A stretch of DNA of 64,000 bases from Chara braunii (lineage: Eukaryota; Plantae; Charophyceae): contig BFEA01000015.1 of assembly GCA_003427395.1 (NCBI GenBank), positions 6,695,859 to 6,759,858 of the forward strand, given 5' to 3'. Under the pieces are notes generated by a model. The model did not search any database and was not told the origin of the DNA. It saw only the letters and a program-made list of their open reading frames with translations. The position numbers and the translations under genes were made by a program. Below are positions 52,456-64,000 of the stretch, piece after piece (the stretch's first letter is position 1; each line of letters opens with the position of its first letter).

Positions 52456-55400
52456 GGCTGTGCTGGGCTGTGCACCGAATACATCCACCACTGAGATTAC
52501 CATTACGAAGCGACCGACTGTGCAGCACATCGCGAGGGTGCTTTCGCTAGCATATCATCGACGTCACTCATGTGCAAGACTCAGCCGNTGTTGCAATTGG
52601 ATAATGAATCGCACGTGTTGTGCATCGGGTACATCCGCCACTCAAATTCCCATGACGATGTGCTAGGGCTGACATATGCTCCTCTTTTGACTGCTCTCTA
52701 CAAAGGTGCAAACAGTGCTCTGCTGACTGAGCGACCGACTNTTTAGCACATCGCGAGGGTGGTTTCAGCATATCATCGACAGGACTCANCCGCTGTTGCA
52801 ATTGGATAATGAACCCTTAGGNCTATGCGTCGGATACATCCGCCACTCAGATTCCCATGACAATGCCTAGCACTNTGTCCCGGATACAACCACCACTGTG
52901 ATAACCATGACAATGTGAGAGTCGCCCTTACACTCTGTGCATTTTGCGGACATCGAATGTAGGGATATGCANTGCAGCNCACTCGACGACTCTCACTGTC
53001 NTCGGATTGCTGGNAATGCGTCATTCNANCAAAGAGTGCTGTGAGCCCGTTANNTTCGACAAACAGACGTTGATGACGTCTACTGGTCTGTGCCTGTCTA
53101 ACCCATCAGCTGTTCGGGCCTAGTTTCTCAACGACACTCCGCACGACCTCATCAGTGGGCACGCACTGATATGTNAGACAAGAAGTGAGTATCGTCCATG
53201 CTTGTCACGGATTCGACCATCCATAGGTGTCTCGGTTTCGACCATCCCTATATAGGTGCAAAAGACCCTCCGGTGTCTAACCGACCGACTATTTGCGAGG
53301 GTGCTCAAGATAGTGGGTCAGGCGGTAGCCGTGGTGCATCGGCCAGTCAGATTATTATCGAAAGGCACCATTGTCGGCGACATCCAAGTGGCAGATATAT
53401 CCCGCACGCAGCTTAACAAGATCCANATATCCTCTCTCTGCGGATATGGCGACTTAAGAGGTTTTAACATGGGTCGAGTTAGCACAGGTACAGGAGTTAT
53501 TTTCGAAAGAAGGGGACAACGTTATAATGTTGCCTCCTTCTAGTGGACATACCTCCTATACCAGTGCCAACTGAACCCACGTTAAACCCTCTTAAGTAGC
53601 GATATCCGCCAATAAGCCAAAGTAGATGATCAATGGATCCTGTTGAGTGTCGTGGCGGATGCATCCGCCACCGAGATTTCGCTGGCAATGTGCCTGTTGA
53701 GCGTCGTGGCGGATACATCCGCCACCGAGATTTCGCGGGCAGTGTGATGGTGTCTTTCCCGCGCCTCGCTTATCAGCATATTGGGGTAACGCCCACACAT
53801 CATTACACCCACCTTTTCATTCAACATCAGTGATGGGAGTAAGGCATATATCAAGCCTTTACTCTGATGTTGAAGGCATATATCGGCATATCGAGCCGAA
53901 GTTGCCGCTTGCAAATAGCGGGAGTAGACCTGCCGGTGACACACGGCCGCCGCCTCTCTGTAGAACACGGCTTAACTGACAGGGTCGATTTAGGCTGTCG
54001 GAGGGAGTGGCGGTCTAAGTAACGATATTCGCCAATAAGCCACTGCAGAGAAAGGGTCACTGAATCCTACTGCACGGCGGGGCGGATACATCCGCCAATG
54101 GGATTTCCCGGGCAGTGTGATGGTACCTTTCCCCTCGCCTCGCTTATCGGCATATTGGGGTGACACCCACCAATTATAAACACCCAGATTTTCATTCAGC
54201 ATCAATGATGAGGGTCCACACACGTAGATGTGCCTTCAACATCAGAGTGAAGGCTCGATATAAATGTTACCCTCAANTTTTCAGACTTTTCGATGAATTC
54301 TTCTTATTAGCACGAAACATCNCAAAACTTGCCGCTTCCAAATGGCGGGATTATGCGCGCGGATGAAGAAAGGTCGCCGCCCTCGGAAGAACCCGATCCT
54401 GATTTCGCCTGTCGGGATGAGTGGCGGTTTAAGTAGCCATATCCGCCAATGAGCCACTGCAGAGAATGAATCACTCGATTTTGTTGCGCTGCTTGTCGGA
54501 TACATCCGCCATTGGGATCCAGACTTTCTTTCAACATCAGTGGTTCCTGAGACCCCGTATTCTGCCTAGATGTCAAGTCCTCCACCCCCATTATATTTTC
54601 CATCGGATTAGTCTTAGCCAGTAAAATATGCATAGCGAAGTTCACCACTCCTATAAATGTCTTGTTGCCATCTGCGTCAGTTGATTGTGAGCAGTCAAAT
54701 TCTCATTTCTGCCTCTGTGGGAATCCCCAACTCTCATCATGGCGGCTGTTGTTTCGTATGCAGGGTGAGGTGCAGTTGCAGGAAATGTTCCTTTCCTGTA
54801 TGTCTCTTCTCGCTGCATGCATCGCGACTGAAATCTCGCTGTTCATTTAGCATGGGAGGAAGTCAGCCTTCGACTCAGAGTGACTTGTATTATCGCTTTG
54901 GAGCATTGGTCGTCACACCGTTGAACTCGTCCGGTAGCAATCCATCACCAATTTCAAGGGCATCTTATTTGTCCACGCGTAATAATGCGCACTGACAAGA
55001 CTTAGGGTCGTCTGAGGATTACTCCTCACAGCATTCATGAACATAGAACACTCCATGGTCGATACGGAAGATATGTAAGAACGATGGCGGAAGGTATGTA
55101 AGGGCAACGTTGTGCATGTGGGAGTTCACTCCTGACATGATCTTGATAGCGGGAGCCAGAGGCTTGTGGGCAGTTCCAAGATGTCAAGCCAAATCTGTGA
55201 GTACTTAGGTAGCCTTAGTTGTAGTGTGATATAATCTTGATTGCGGCATCCGGAGGCTTGTGGGCAGTTCCAAGATGTCAAGCCGAGTCTGTGAGGAGTA
55301 CTTAGGTAGCCTTAGTTGTAGTGTGACGGAGTATGTCACCACAGGAGGAGGTTGTGGGAATGAACACTCGTCCACAAAATTATTGTCTACAGCTGGGGCT

Positions 55401-55633
55401 TTTTCGCAGGAGAACAACTTTGATGATACTGGATATCACGGTATTCCTCATTCTCATTCTCACGTTAGTGGACATAATACTGGATCTGGGGATGGTCATG
55501 AGGAGTCTCGAGAGATAGTGACATCCTCCTCTAACTCTAAGGAAAGCACTACCTCATGTAGTGAGTCTCATGAGGAGAGACAAATGCACTATATTTTGCC
55601 CGCGCCATTGCCCGGAGAGAAANGCCATACAAC

Positions 55634-57970
55634 ATGGCCAACAGAGCCGCTAGGAAACGTGTCCAGAATNAAAGAGCTTTGAGTAAGCTTAGGCTAGAAT
55701 CTCTTCAACGCGTGCGTGGTATGCTTTGTTACAAGAAGTTTTGTTGTGCAAATCTCACTGTNGATGATGTTAGGCCAGTCAGGGAGGGTTTGTACTCCAA
55801 AACATTTGCAGACCGGAGGAAGTGGTGGTTGCAAACAATACACGACTTCACCATAATGGAGGGTGATGTTGAGCGAACCCGACCAATTTTATGCAGACAA
55901 AAGTTGTGAGTGCAAGCGTATTGTAATAAACTAGGCATTTCACGAAATACCTTTTATATTTACAAAAGGATGTATCACAACAATGCTGTGCACGCAGAAC
56001 ACGGTCGTACGGGTATATGTAGTCCTTCGAACAAAGTAGTCACAATGCTTGCATGCATGAAAAGATTCATTGACGATCACGCTGATGATATGCNAAATGA
56101 AATGGCTAGAAACGACAATGTTTGCAGACCACGCCNTAGGATGCCGGCTGCTTTTACCAAAAGATCCATTTATGAATCCATTCAATCTAACTTGAAGGCT
56201 GCAGGACAGGAAGTCGTCTCCGAGTCTACCTTTTACGCCGTGTGGAGCAAACACTTTNGGCACGTTAGTATGGCCCAATCCANCACGTTTANGAAATGTG
56301 CTCTATGCAACTACTATAAGCAGTGCATAGCCAAGGTGAAGTATGANCGAGACCGTAAGAAGTTTAAAATAAAGATGAAAGAACATCAGGAGCGGCAAGT
56401 GAACCAAAGACAAGATTACTGTCTTGCAAAGCTCGATTCAATATTGCGTCCTGCTGAGCATCTCTGCCTCATAATTGATGGCATGGATCAGAAGAAAACC
56501 ACATTGCCTCACATCGGCCAGACAAACTACTCAAAGGACTTGCAACACGACAGGATGATGAGAACCACTCTTACGGCAGTAATCGCCCACGACAGAGATC
56601 CTTCTATTTACGTATACACGTACTTTCCATACTACAAGCACAATGCTAGTAGCACATCTACATGCTTGATGAGGACTCTNTGTGAAATTCAGGCTTCAGG
56701 GACACTGCTTCCTCCTCGATTGCGTATTCAAGCGGATAATTGTTGGAAAGAAAACAAAAATCAGTTCATATGTGGCTTNGCAACACTTCTTGTGAAGTTC
56801 GAAGTATTTCAGGAGATAGAGATTCGGTTCATGATAGTCGGGCATACCCATACAGATNTTGACGCCACTTTCAGCGTTTTCTCTAAGAAGTTGAAAGACA
56901 ATGATGCATATACAATGAATGAACTTTTTGCTTTGATGGAACAATCTCACAAGAAGCCTCCGAAATGTATTTTCCTCGATAAAATCGCGGACTGGAAAAA
57001 TATGGTAGCACCATATCTCGCAACTAATATAACCGGTATCTCGAAGCCACATTTACTTAAGTTTTATATGATAGGTGATAATCCANCAATGTCGTACAAA
57101 GAGTTTTGCGACGATACGGAATGGTTGCCCAAAGACGGTCCGCTTTTCTGGTTTAAAAAANATGACGACAGCAAGTTTGTTGGTCCATTGCAACCATTCG
57201 ACCCTTTCCCGAGCGAACCGNCAGAGCTAGAGTATTACAAGAATGGATGCGAAGGTGTGGATCGTTTTCTGCATTTATTCCGAGAGAAAAGGTCGACATG
57301 GAGTACTTATCAGGGTAAAGAGGTAGCTCGTATAGAAAATGTTTTTGCTTATTGGGAGGGTGTTAAAGAACATGGAGCTTATATCATCGCAAANNGGGTA
57401 TCNAATACACCAATGACATCNTTTTNGCCTTCTGCCTCGAANAGGCAANAGGAAGAAATTGTGCGNTCCGATTCAGAAGAACCNGAAAGAGAACCCTTGT
57501 TCGTCGGACACAAAAAGCATCGCCCGAAGACAAACTTTGACCCAATTTTGGATGTTGAGAAAGACAGTTTCGTTATTCTGCAACTGCCAGATGAAGAACT
57601 TGCAAAGGGTGTTCCGTTTTNNNTGGGCCAANCGCTAACTCCAGTTGTCCTAGATAAGGACTCNGAACATTACAACCAGGTAAAAGTTCAATACTGGATT
57701 CCTACAGGGAAATCACGTTCGCTTAAGGAACGTTATGAGAATGCGTGGGAGAAAAAGTGGAAAAAATCTGCTGAGGATGAGAAGCAATAGTAGAATGCTG
57801 ATGCGGTGACATTCGTATGGAAATGAGCATCGAGAGGAAGAGTTTCCACCAAACCATTCACCTCGGGCCTTGTAATTCTGTCTAAAGTCTAGGTTAATGC
57901 ACTTGCTGCTCTGGTTGGAGAAGATGATGTTCATATAGATGATGGTGTCAGCGCAGGGAGTCGCGGATAA
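55634..57970 (+). pseudogene. Sola-like (DDD, RNase H fold; DUF7869-like) transposase, inactivated
   Basis: One reading frame from 55634 to 57970 with in-frame stops at 55907, 57788, 57791, 57824 and 57890. Motifs: N-terminal CYKKFCC and AYCNKLGISRNTFY; VSESTFYAVWSKHF; FxKCALC; LIIDGMDQKKTTLPH; LRIQADNCWKENKNQF; FMIVGHTHTDxDATFS. A frameshifted Ser-rich N-terminus probably extends to ~55260. Superfamily assigned from remembered motifs. Confidence 0.8.
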
Positions 57971-58275
57971 TGTTTCATCAAGGGCATAATTTAGTGTATG
58001 AGGTGACTCTACGACGATCCAAAGACCACCATGTCCAAGGTCGAAAATTGATCCGGAACTCTTTATGAGGAGAACATATTGTCGTGCTGGACTGTGCACA
58101 ACACTCTTGACTCCATGGAATACATCGCGTAATGATATGTGATCTCTCGCTTACACGCTTCACATCAACAAGAGTTCTTAATCAATTTTCGACCTTGGGC
58201 GTGGGCGCCTTTTGGTCCTTGTAGCCTGACCTCAGGCTCTGGATCCTGACCTTGATGAAACACTGTTATTGTGAC
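57959..58275 (+). other. Long imperfect inverted repeat (hairpin, ~105-bp arms)
   Basis: Arm blocks tgtttcatcaagg, tgaggt, ccaaggtcgaaaattgat and gaactctt (57959-58063) are reverse-complemented in 58169-58275. Confidence 0.85.
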
Positions 58276-58290
58276 TTTTGTCTTTTGCAG

Positions 58291-58740
58291 CGTACAGACC
58301 GTCTTTTGACATACTTCAAAAAAATGGCTGGGAATGCATGCTTCACTGAAATAGAAGTGCTTGAACGACTTGCGATCATCACAAAAGGAGGAGCGTTTCC
58401 TTTTCAATATGAGAAAATCTTCAAAAGCGAAGTGGGAGGACGGACAATGTTTGTCATCATGGTGAGGTTTACTGATATGGAAAACTGTTTCGATATGCGA
58501 ATATATGAGCGTCGAGGAGAAAACTGGATGCTAGGAGATTTTACAGCAGCTTATGTACAAGCTTCAGATGTTCTTTTCGCCTTGAGACGTACCGTACTCA
58601 GAGCTGGGGGTGGCATTGAAGGTTTCTCGTTTGATATTATGCAGTTGGAAGGTCTGCCTCAACCTCCAATCCCGGATTGCATGGTAGACAGTTCAACATG
58701 GGAACTGATACTGAACGCTCTGCGAAGAGCCTTCTTCTGA
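58291..58740 (+). CDS. Unknown globular-looking protein (second ORF or exon of the element)
   Basis: Open frame 58252-58740 with protein-like composition. Strong 3' splice site cttttgtcttttgcag ends at 58290; first downstream ATG at 58324 (MAGNACF...). Confidence 0.5.
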   Translation, partial: RTDRLLTYFKKMAGNACFTEIEVLERLAIITKGGAFPFQYEKIFKSEVGGRTMFVIMVRFTDMENCFDMRIYERRGENWMLGDFTAAYVQASDVLFALRRTVLRAGGGIEGFSFDIMQLEGLPQPPIPDCMVDSSTWELILNALRRAFF

Positions 58741-59683
58741 ATATTTCAACTTTTTGACACTTTGAGTAGCGAGTCTAATGATTTTAGAGTATTCAATTTG
58801 TGTTACGATGTCAGATTAGTGAACATTTTCATAGTATAGGTTTTTTCTGATCATTTTGAGTTTTCAACACTTTGAGTGACAAAGTCTCAAAATTTTCAAA
58901 GTTTTGTGTTGGAATGTCACATTAGTTAAAATTTTCATAGTGTAAGGTACTGAGGGTTTTTGATTCATCCTAGGTTATAGCCTTGCAAACTGTTGGTTAT
59001 GNTATAGCCTTGCAAACTGTTGGTTATGTAAAAAGTTTGCAAATTTTCTAAGTTTTATGTTGGAATGTCACATTAGTTAAAATTTTCATAGTGTAAGTTA
59101 CTGAGGTTTTTTTATTCATCTTAGGTTCTAGCCTTTGAAACTGTTGGTTATGTAAAAAGTTTGGCTTTATTTTGCAAGGTGTAGTTGACATTTCATACCT
59201 TGGTAAGTATTCATTTGATTTGGATAGCCTTGCCAACAGTTTCATTATTCGAAACTTTTGAAGTAACTGTTATAAATTCACAATACATGGACCATGCAAC
59301 TGTTGTCAGTTTTCTAGACTTAGTTCTCAATTGTTTCGAGAATGATTGTGTATCTGCTCAGTGGAAACTTTTGAAACTATTGCAACAGTTATGACTTCCT
59401 AATATTTCGACTGGGTGACCCGCTCTATTTTTCATTTTTCTTCGCTTCTAAATGAGGTTATCATAAGTTGTCAATTGTCTTCAAAATGACTGTGTANTGT
59501 ATNAGTGATAGTAGTGACTCCTAATGTGTCCAATGCATGGTATTTGGTATCGAAACTTCACAAAGTTTAGGTTTATTTGCTAAGNCTTGTCATCAGTTCA
59601 TGTCATNAGTTCAAGTTGTTAATTGTCTTGTCAATGAGGATATTTACTTGTGGANCTGTGATAGGGTCCTTAAACACATTATN

Positions 59684-59819
59684 AGAAGTTAGATTGAATA
59701 TGAGTAGGATACATCCGAATCAAACTCTGTACAGATGATCAGATGCTGAAAGTAATAACAATGACTATCTGTACACAGTTTGATTCGGATGTATCCTACT
59801 CATATTCAATTTAACTTCT
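59684..59819. repeat. Near-perfect palindrome (~53-bp arms, ~30-nt loop)
   Basis: agaagttagattgaatatgagtaggatacatccgaatcaaactctgtacagat and its reverse complement, with 2 mismatches. Confidence 0.9.
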
Positions 59820-60433
59820 GATGTGTCCATTGTATTTGGTATCGAAACTTCACAAAGTTTAGGTTTCTTTGTTTCTCATCAGTTGATGTTATGACTTCAA
59901 CTTGTTAATTGTCTTGAGGATAATATTTACTTGCCGAACTGTGATAAGGTCCTCAAACACATAGTCCTTGTCATCACTTTCANCATCTGATAANTTTACA
60001 CAATTTGATTCGGATGTAATATCCTAATATTCGATCTAACTTCTNAAAAGACCTAAGCTTTTGCGTGTCACTCCTATGCGTTCGTTTGAGCCTCAACANA
60101 AATCAATTTCATGTCACTCTTATGCATCCCTTCCAAGGGGAGCGTTAGAGGGAGGGCTTGGACATTTAGTACGCGAATCTTCATAGTCAATGTCCGAATN
60201 AGTGCCAGTTTAATTAGGATGTATCCGACTTCGGTAATTGAACTTGTGCAGAACAACTTTGTCGAAAGGAAATGAATGTGTTCAGAATTTATCCACTGTA
60301 CAATGACTCTAATGCACTGTATATTGATTGATAATGAAGATCTCCTTCGTTAGCCTCGTCTACTGCCGTCCTGTTTCTCGAACAAAAATGTACTATCTAG
60401 AAAATAATGTACTATTTTAACGAAAGTAGGTAG

Positions 60434-60490
<57 letters not shown>

Positions 60491-62809
60491 GGAATCGTCA
60501 CAGAGTGATTGAACATCATCGAACAGAGAGATCTTTGAAGCATTCACTGAGGGGTTGCAGACCTCCATGAAGTGTTATTGATAGAATCAAAGGCTGTTGC
60601 CAGAAGGATAGGCTCGCTGAAGTTACATTGTCAATTATTTAGGGGCTAGTCTTCAGCTGTCGAGCTGACTGTGGAACTTTTTGATCCTCAGAATTGGTTG
60701 TTACAAGTCTGGGCAGAGTGGTGGGACTGGATGCTAACTCATTTCAGGCGCCTCAGGGTGAAGAGGTCCCATTTTTTGCTGATAGCGCAGAGAGTTTCGA
60801 AACTTTGAGTAGTTACCTGATGATTTACTTATTGGGAGGGACGCTGGACCCGGTTTCCAGCAGGTGCAGCTCCCCACCAATAGAACGGAGTCATTGAAAT
60901 TCTCAAAAAAAAAAAAAAAAACAAAAAAAAAAACGTTTTCTTCTCTTCTTTTTCAATGCTGAAATAACAAGGGGTCTGTCTTCTTCATGCTCAAGTTTTT
61001 TAGAATTTTTCTGAAAAATGAAAAAGTAGAAAAGAGAAATTGAGACCAAAGGGTACTTCGTACTCCCTTGGCNTCGCAGGCCGCTGACATTTTTTGGTTC
61101 ACTAAAACGTACAAAAAGGGGCCAGGAGGACCCAGTGTGACCAGAAATCAACCTCAAAATTTGGGAATTTAGGTAATCAAGGTTTCCAGCAGGTGCAGCT
61201 CCCCACCAATAGATGGAGCAGCTGGAGTCTACGACTAGCGGGGGATGCTCATATCACCCCCTCTAGTAGACAACTGGAAAAAAAAAAAGAAAAAAAAAAA
61301 AAGAAAAAAAAAGGTCCTCGTGTAAGTATGCCCACACTCTCTCCACATGGCAGTGCTCATTCAGCCATGGTGAGAGGGCTGGGGGACAGCCTGAGGGCAT
61401 ACTCACACGGGGACCTATATTCCCAAAATTCCAAAAAGAAGGGGAAAAGGCAGGTCACACGGATCTACCAAATTCGCAAATGTACCATTCCTGTGTCCAT
61501 TTGTTAGCGGCCTGGGAAGCCTCGGGGCAAGGGATTTTGCGGTCACCTCTGAAGCATGGNCCCATTAGCAGTCGGACAGGAGTGTGGCAGACTCAGTGTG
61601 ACACAGCGGCCTGACAGGTTAATTACGAATTTCTAGGGTGAGAAAACAGGAGAAAGGCAAAAAAAAGAAAATAAACAGAGACCTCCCACCTGAAATCACT
61701 GCAGAGTGNTTTCCAGCCATCAGATCACAAATGATCTGATGGTGGTAGTCGCAACAACAGTGCAGAAAGCACCTGCCACATTTTCAGGAATAAACTCAAC
61801 TTTTGTCACCGGTGATCCTAACTCCCTCCATATACTCCGTGATTCAAGGAGGGCTCCACCCAATGAGATAATTGTATAACAGCAAGCAAAATACTGAAAA
61901 TCTTCTATCCAGTGGGCCTATGGCCGGCCCCACTCTCTTTTGGGGTTGGCCATACCCCCAACAGATTGAAAAGAATTTGACGGGAAACTTCCTTGGCACT
62001 GGCATGCCCAGTCTTAAGGAGAGGAGGAGGGAAACGAAGATCTCCTTACTTTTTCGGGTAATACATGTAAAATACTGACTGTGGGATCACGAGTACNGCA
62101 GGGCAGGATTTAGGTCACTCAANTGCCACACAAACTCTTCCGGTTGCTAGTGAGACCATGCTCTATTTGCTGGAGGTGACCGCAAATGCCCTATTTCATT
62201 TTTCACATTTTCTTCAAAAATTGGCAAAGAATTGTTCACAAAAGTTCTTGCACAAATTGTGGATGGCGCCGTGTGACCAGCCAAGTACCAAATCCCCATT
62301 TCTCCAGACGGCCGCGACCTTGTCCCATTTGAAGAGGTACAGCAGTGTGACGTTAACCACGCCCAAAACCTCAGATTGACCCTTCCAAAATCTGCATATT
62401 TTGGGTACACCCATGAACTGTTGAAATACAGACCTGTGTTCGAATCCAGATGATGGAACTTGANGAGTAAAACCAAGTTGAACTACTAATGAATTGCTTG
62501 NGGCCGGTCAGCTCAATGATAATATCTCAAGACNGTCGCCCTTTTAGAATACACATTTCGTAAAAAATGAACTTTTTGTCAAAAAGTGAACTATTTCGAG
62601 TGCGAATAAACACTCAGTACATGGCCCAATAGGGCATCATGCGACACTTTAGGTGAGGATAAATGGTCAGTATATGAGGTGTTAACATGGCAAATGTGCC
62701 GGTGTGGCGTTTTGAGCCCTTCGTACATGAATAGTCCTTATNAAATGCGAATTAACACCTGAGTGTAAAAAAGGGCAGAGACTCTTTGTATGACACCTTG
62801 ACAATGTTG

Positions 62810-63356
62810 TTCTGGCTAGGTATTGCCAACGACTGTGACAGACAGTACACGATTCAAAATGGCATCGTGGCTAGGTGTTGCCAACGACTCTGACAGACAG
62901 TGCATGGTGCCTGTTTTCCATAAAAGGTCAGGGGTCCGACGCCCAGCACCTTGTAAGTTGACGGATTGAACCTGTCAACTGTTGTTGGGTGGAACACCTA
63001 GCCTAGTGCATGACATTTGGCAAGTTGAACCCGCAACCCGTCAGTACCCCTGCAACAAATGTGTCCACCATTTATCTTCCCGGAAGGGACTGTTTGCCAG
63101 TTCCTTNACGTGCTCTATCGAACACCACTAACTCCCGAATCATTCGGTGTTCAACTACTATTTGTCAACCAGAGGAGTTGTTCGCTCTCCGACTCGATGC
63201 CGATTGCCAATAGCATTGCTAGGGGGCCTTGATGCTGATTCCTAATCTGTTTGGCGATCGAGCAGCTTGAAGAAGTGTGAAAGAGTCATTGGTTGTCTGT
63301 GTGGATTGTCATTGGCACTCTTAGGGAATCTTGATGCGAGATGTGATTCCGGGTCG

Positions 63357-63432
<76 letters not shown>

Positions 63433-64000
63433 NNNNNNNNNNNNNNNNNNNNNNNNNNNNNNNNNNNNNNNNNNNNNNNNNNNNNNNNNNNNNNNNNNNN
63501 NNNNNNNNNNNNNNNNNNNNNNNNNNNNNNNNNNNNNNNNNNNNNNNNNNNNNNNNNNNNNNNNNNNNNNNNNNNNNNNNNNNNNNNNNNNNNNNNNNNN
63601 NNNNNNNNNNNNNNNNNNNNNNNNNNNNNNNNNNNNNNNNNNNNNNNNNNNNNNNNNNNNNNNNNNNNNNNNNNNNNNNNNNNNNNNNNGCTTAGTGTTG
63701 CTGTGACAGACAGTACACGATTCAAAAGGGCATCGTGTTGGGTATGTGGTGTCTGTGTTCCCTAAAAGGTCAGGGTTAGTGTTGCTGTGACAGACAGTAC
63801 ACGATTCAAAAGGGCATCGTGTTAGGTATGTGGTGCCTGTTTTCCATAAAAGGTCAGGGTCCGACGCCCGACACGTTGCAAATTAATGGACTGAACCTGT
63901 CAACTGTGGTTGGCGGAACACCCAGCCTGGTGCACGACATTTGGCAACTTGAACCCTCAACCCGTCGGTATCCCTGCAACAAATGTGTCGACCATTTATC
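62810..64000. repeat. Two copies of a ~300-bp repeat, each with an internal partial duplication
   Basis: gtgacagacagtacacgattcaaaa.ggcatcgtg...ccctgcaacaaatgtgtc.accatttatc at ~62830-63077 and ~63690-64000. Confidence 0.8.

Overview
Eukaryotic nuclear DNA that is rich in repeats and transposons, with assembly gaps and a Nextera mate-pair adapter remnant. The plant-type snRNA sequences and plastid-type carB point to a streptophyte; a Chara-like alga is my inference. The only clear host gene is an uninterrupted 4.2-kb carB ORF (carbamoyl-phosphate synthase large subunit, 26792-31006, +). Left of it is a decayed Ty3/gypsy retrotransposon (- strand). Its integrase is split by a ~1.8-kb organellar group II intron RT/maturase fragment and then cut by an ~850-bp TG..CA segment containing a structurally remodelled U6-like RNA. 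The window holds four spliceosomal snRNA-derived sequences (three U6, one U2), many MITEs (hAT-, Harbinger-, Mutator- and Tc1/pogo-like) and a degenerate zinc-finger + Josephin-like protease ORF. It also holds a ~9-kb Sola-like DDD-transposase element with hierarchical tandem arrays, about 15 copies of a palindromic operator-like motif, a ~315-nt hairpin starting at the transposase stop codon, and a second unknown ORF. All calls were made by eye; no database searches or folding programs were run.
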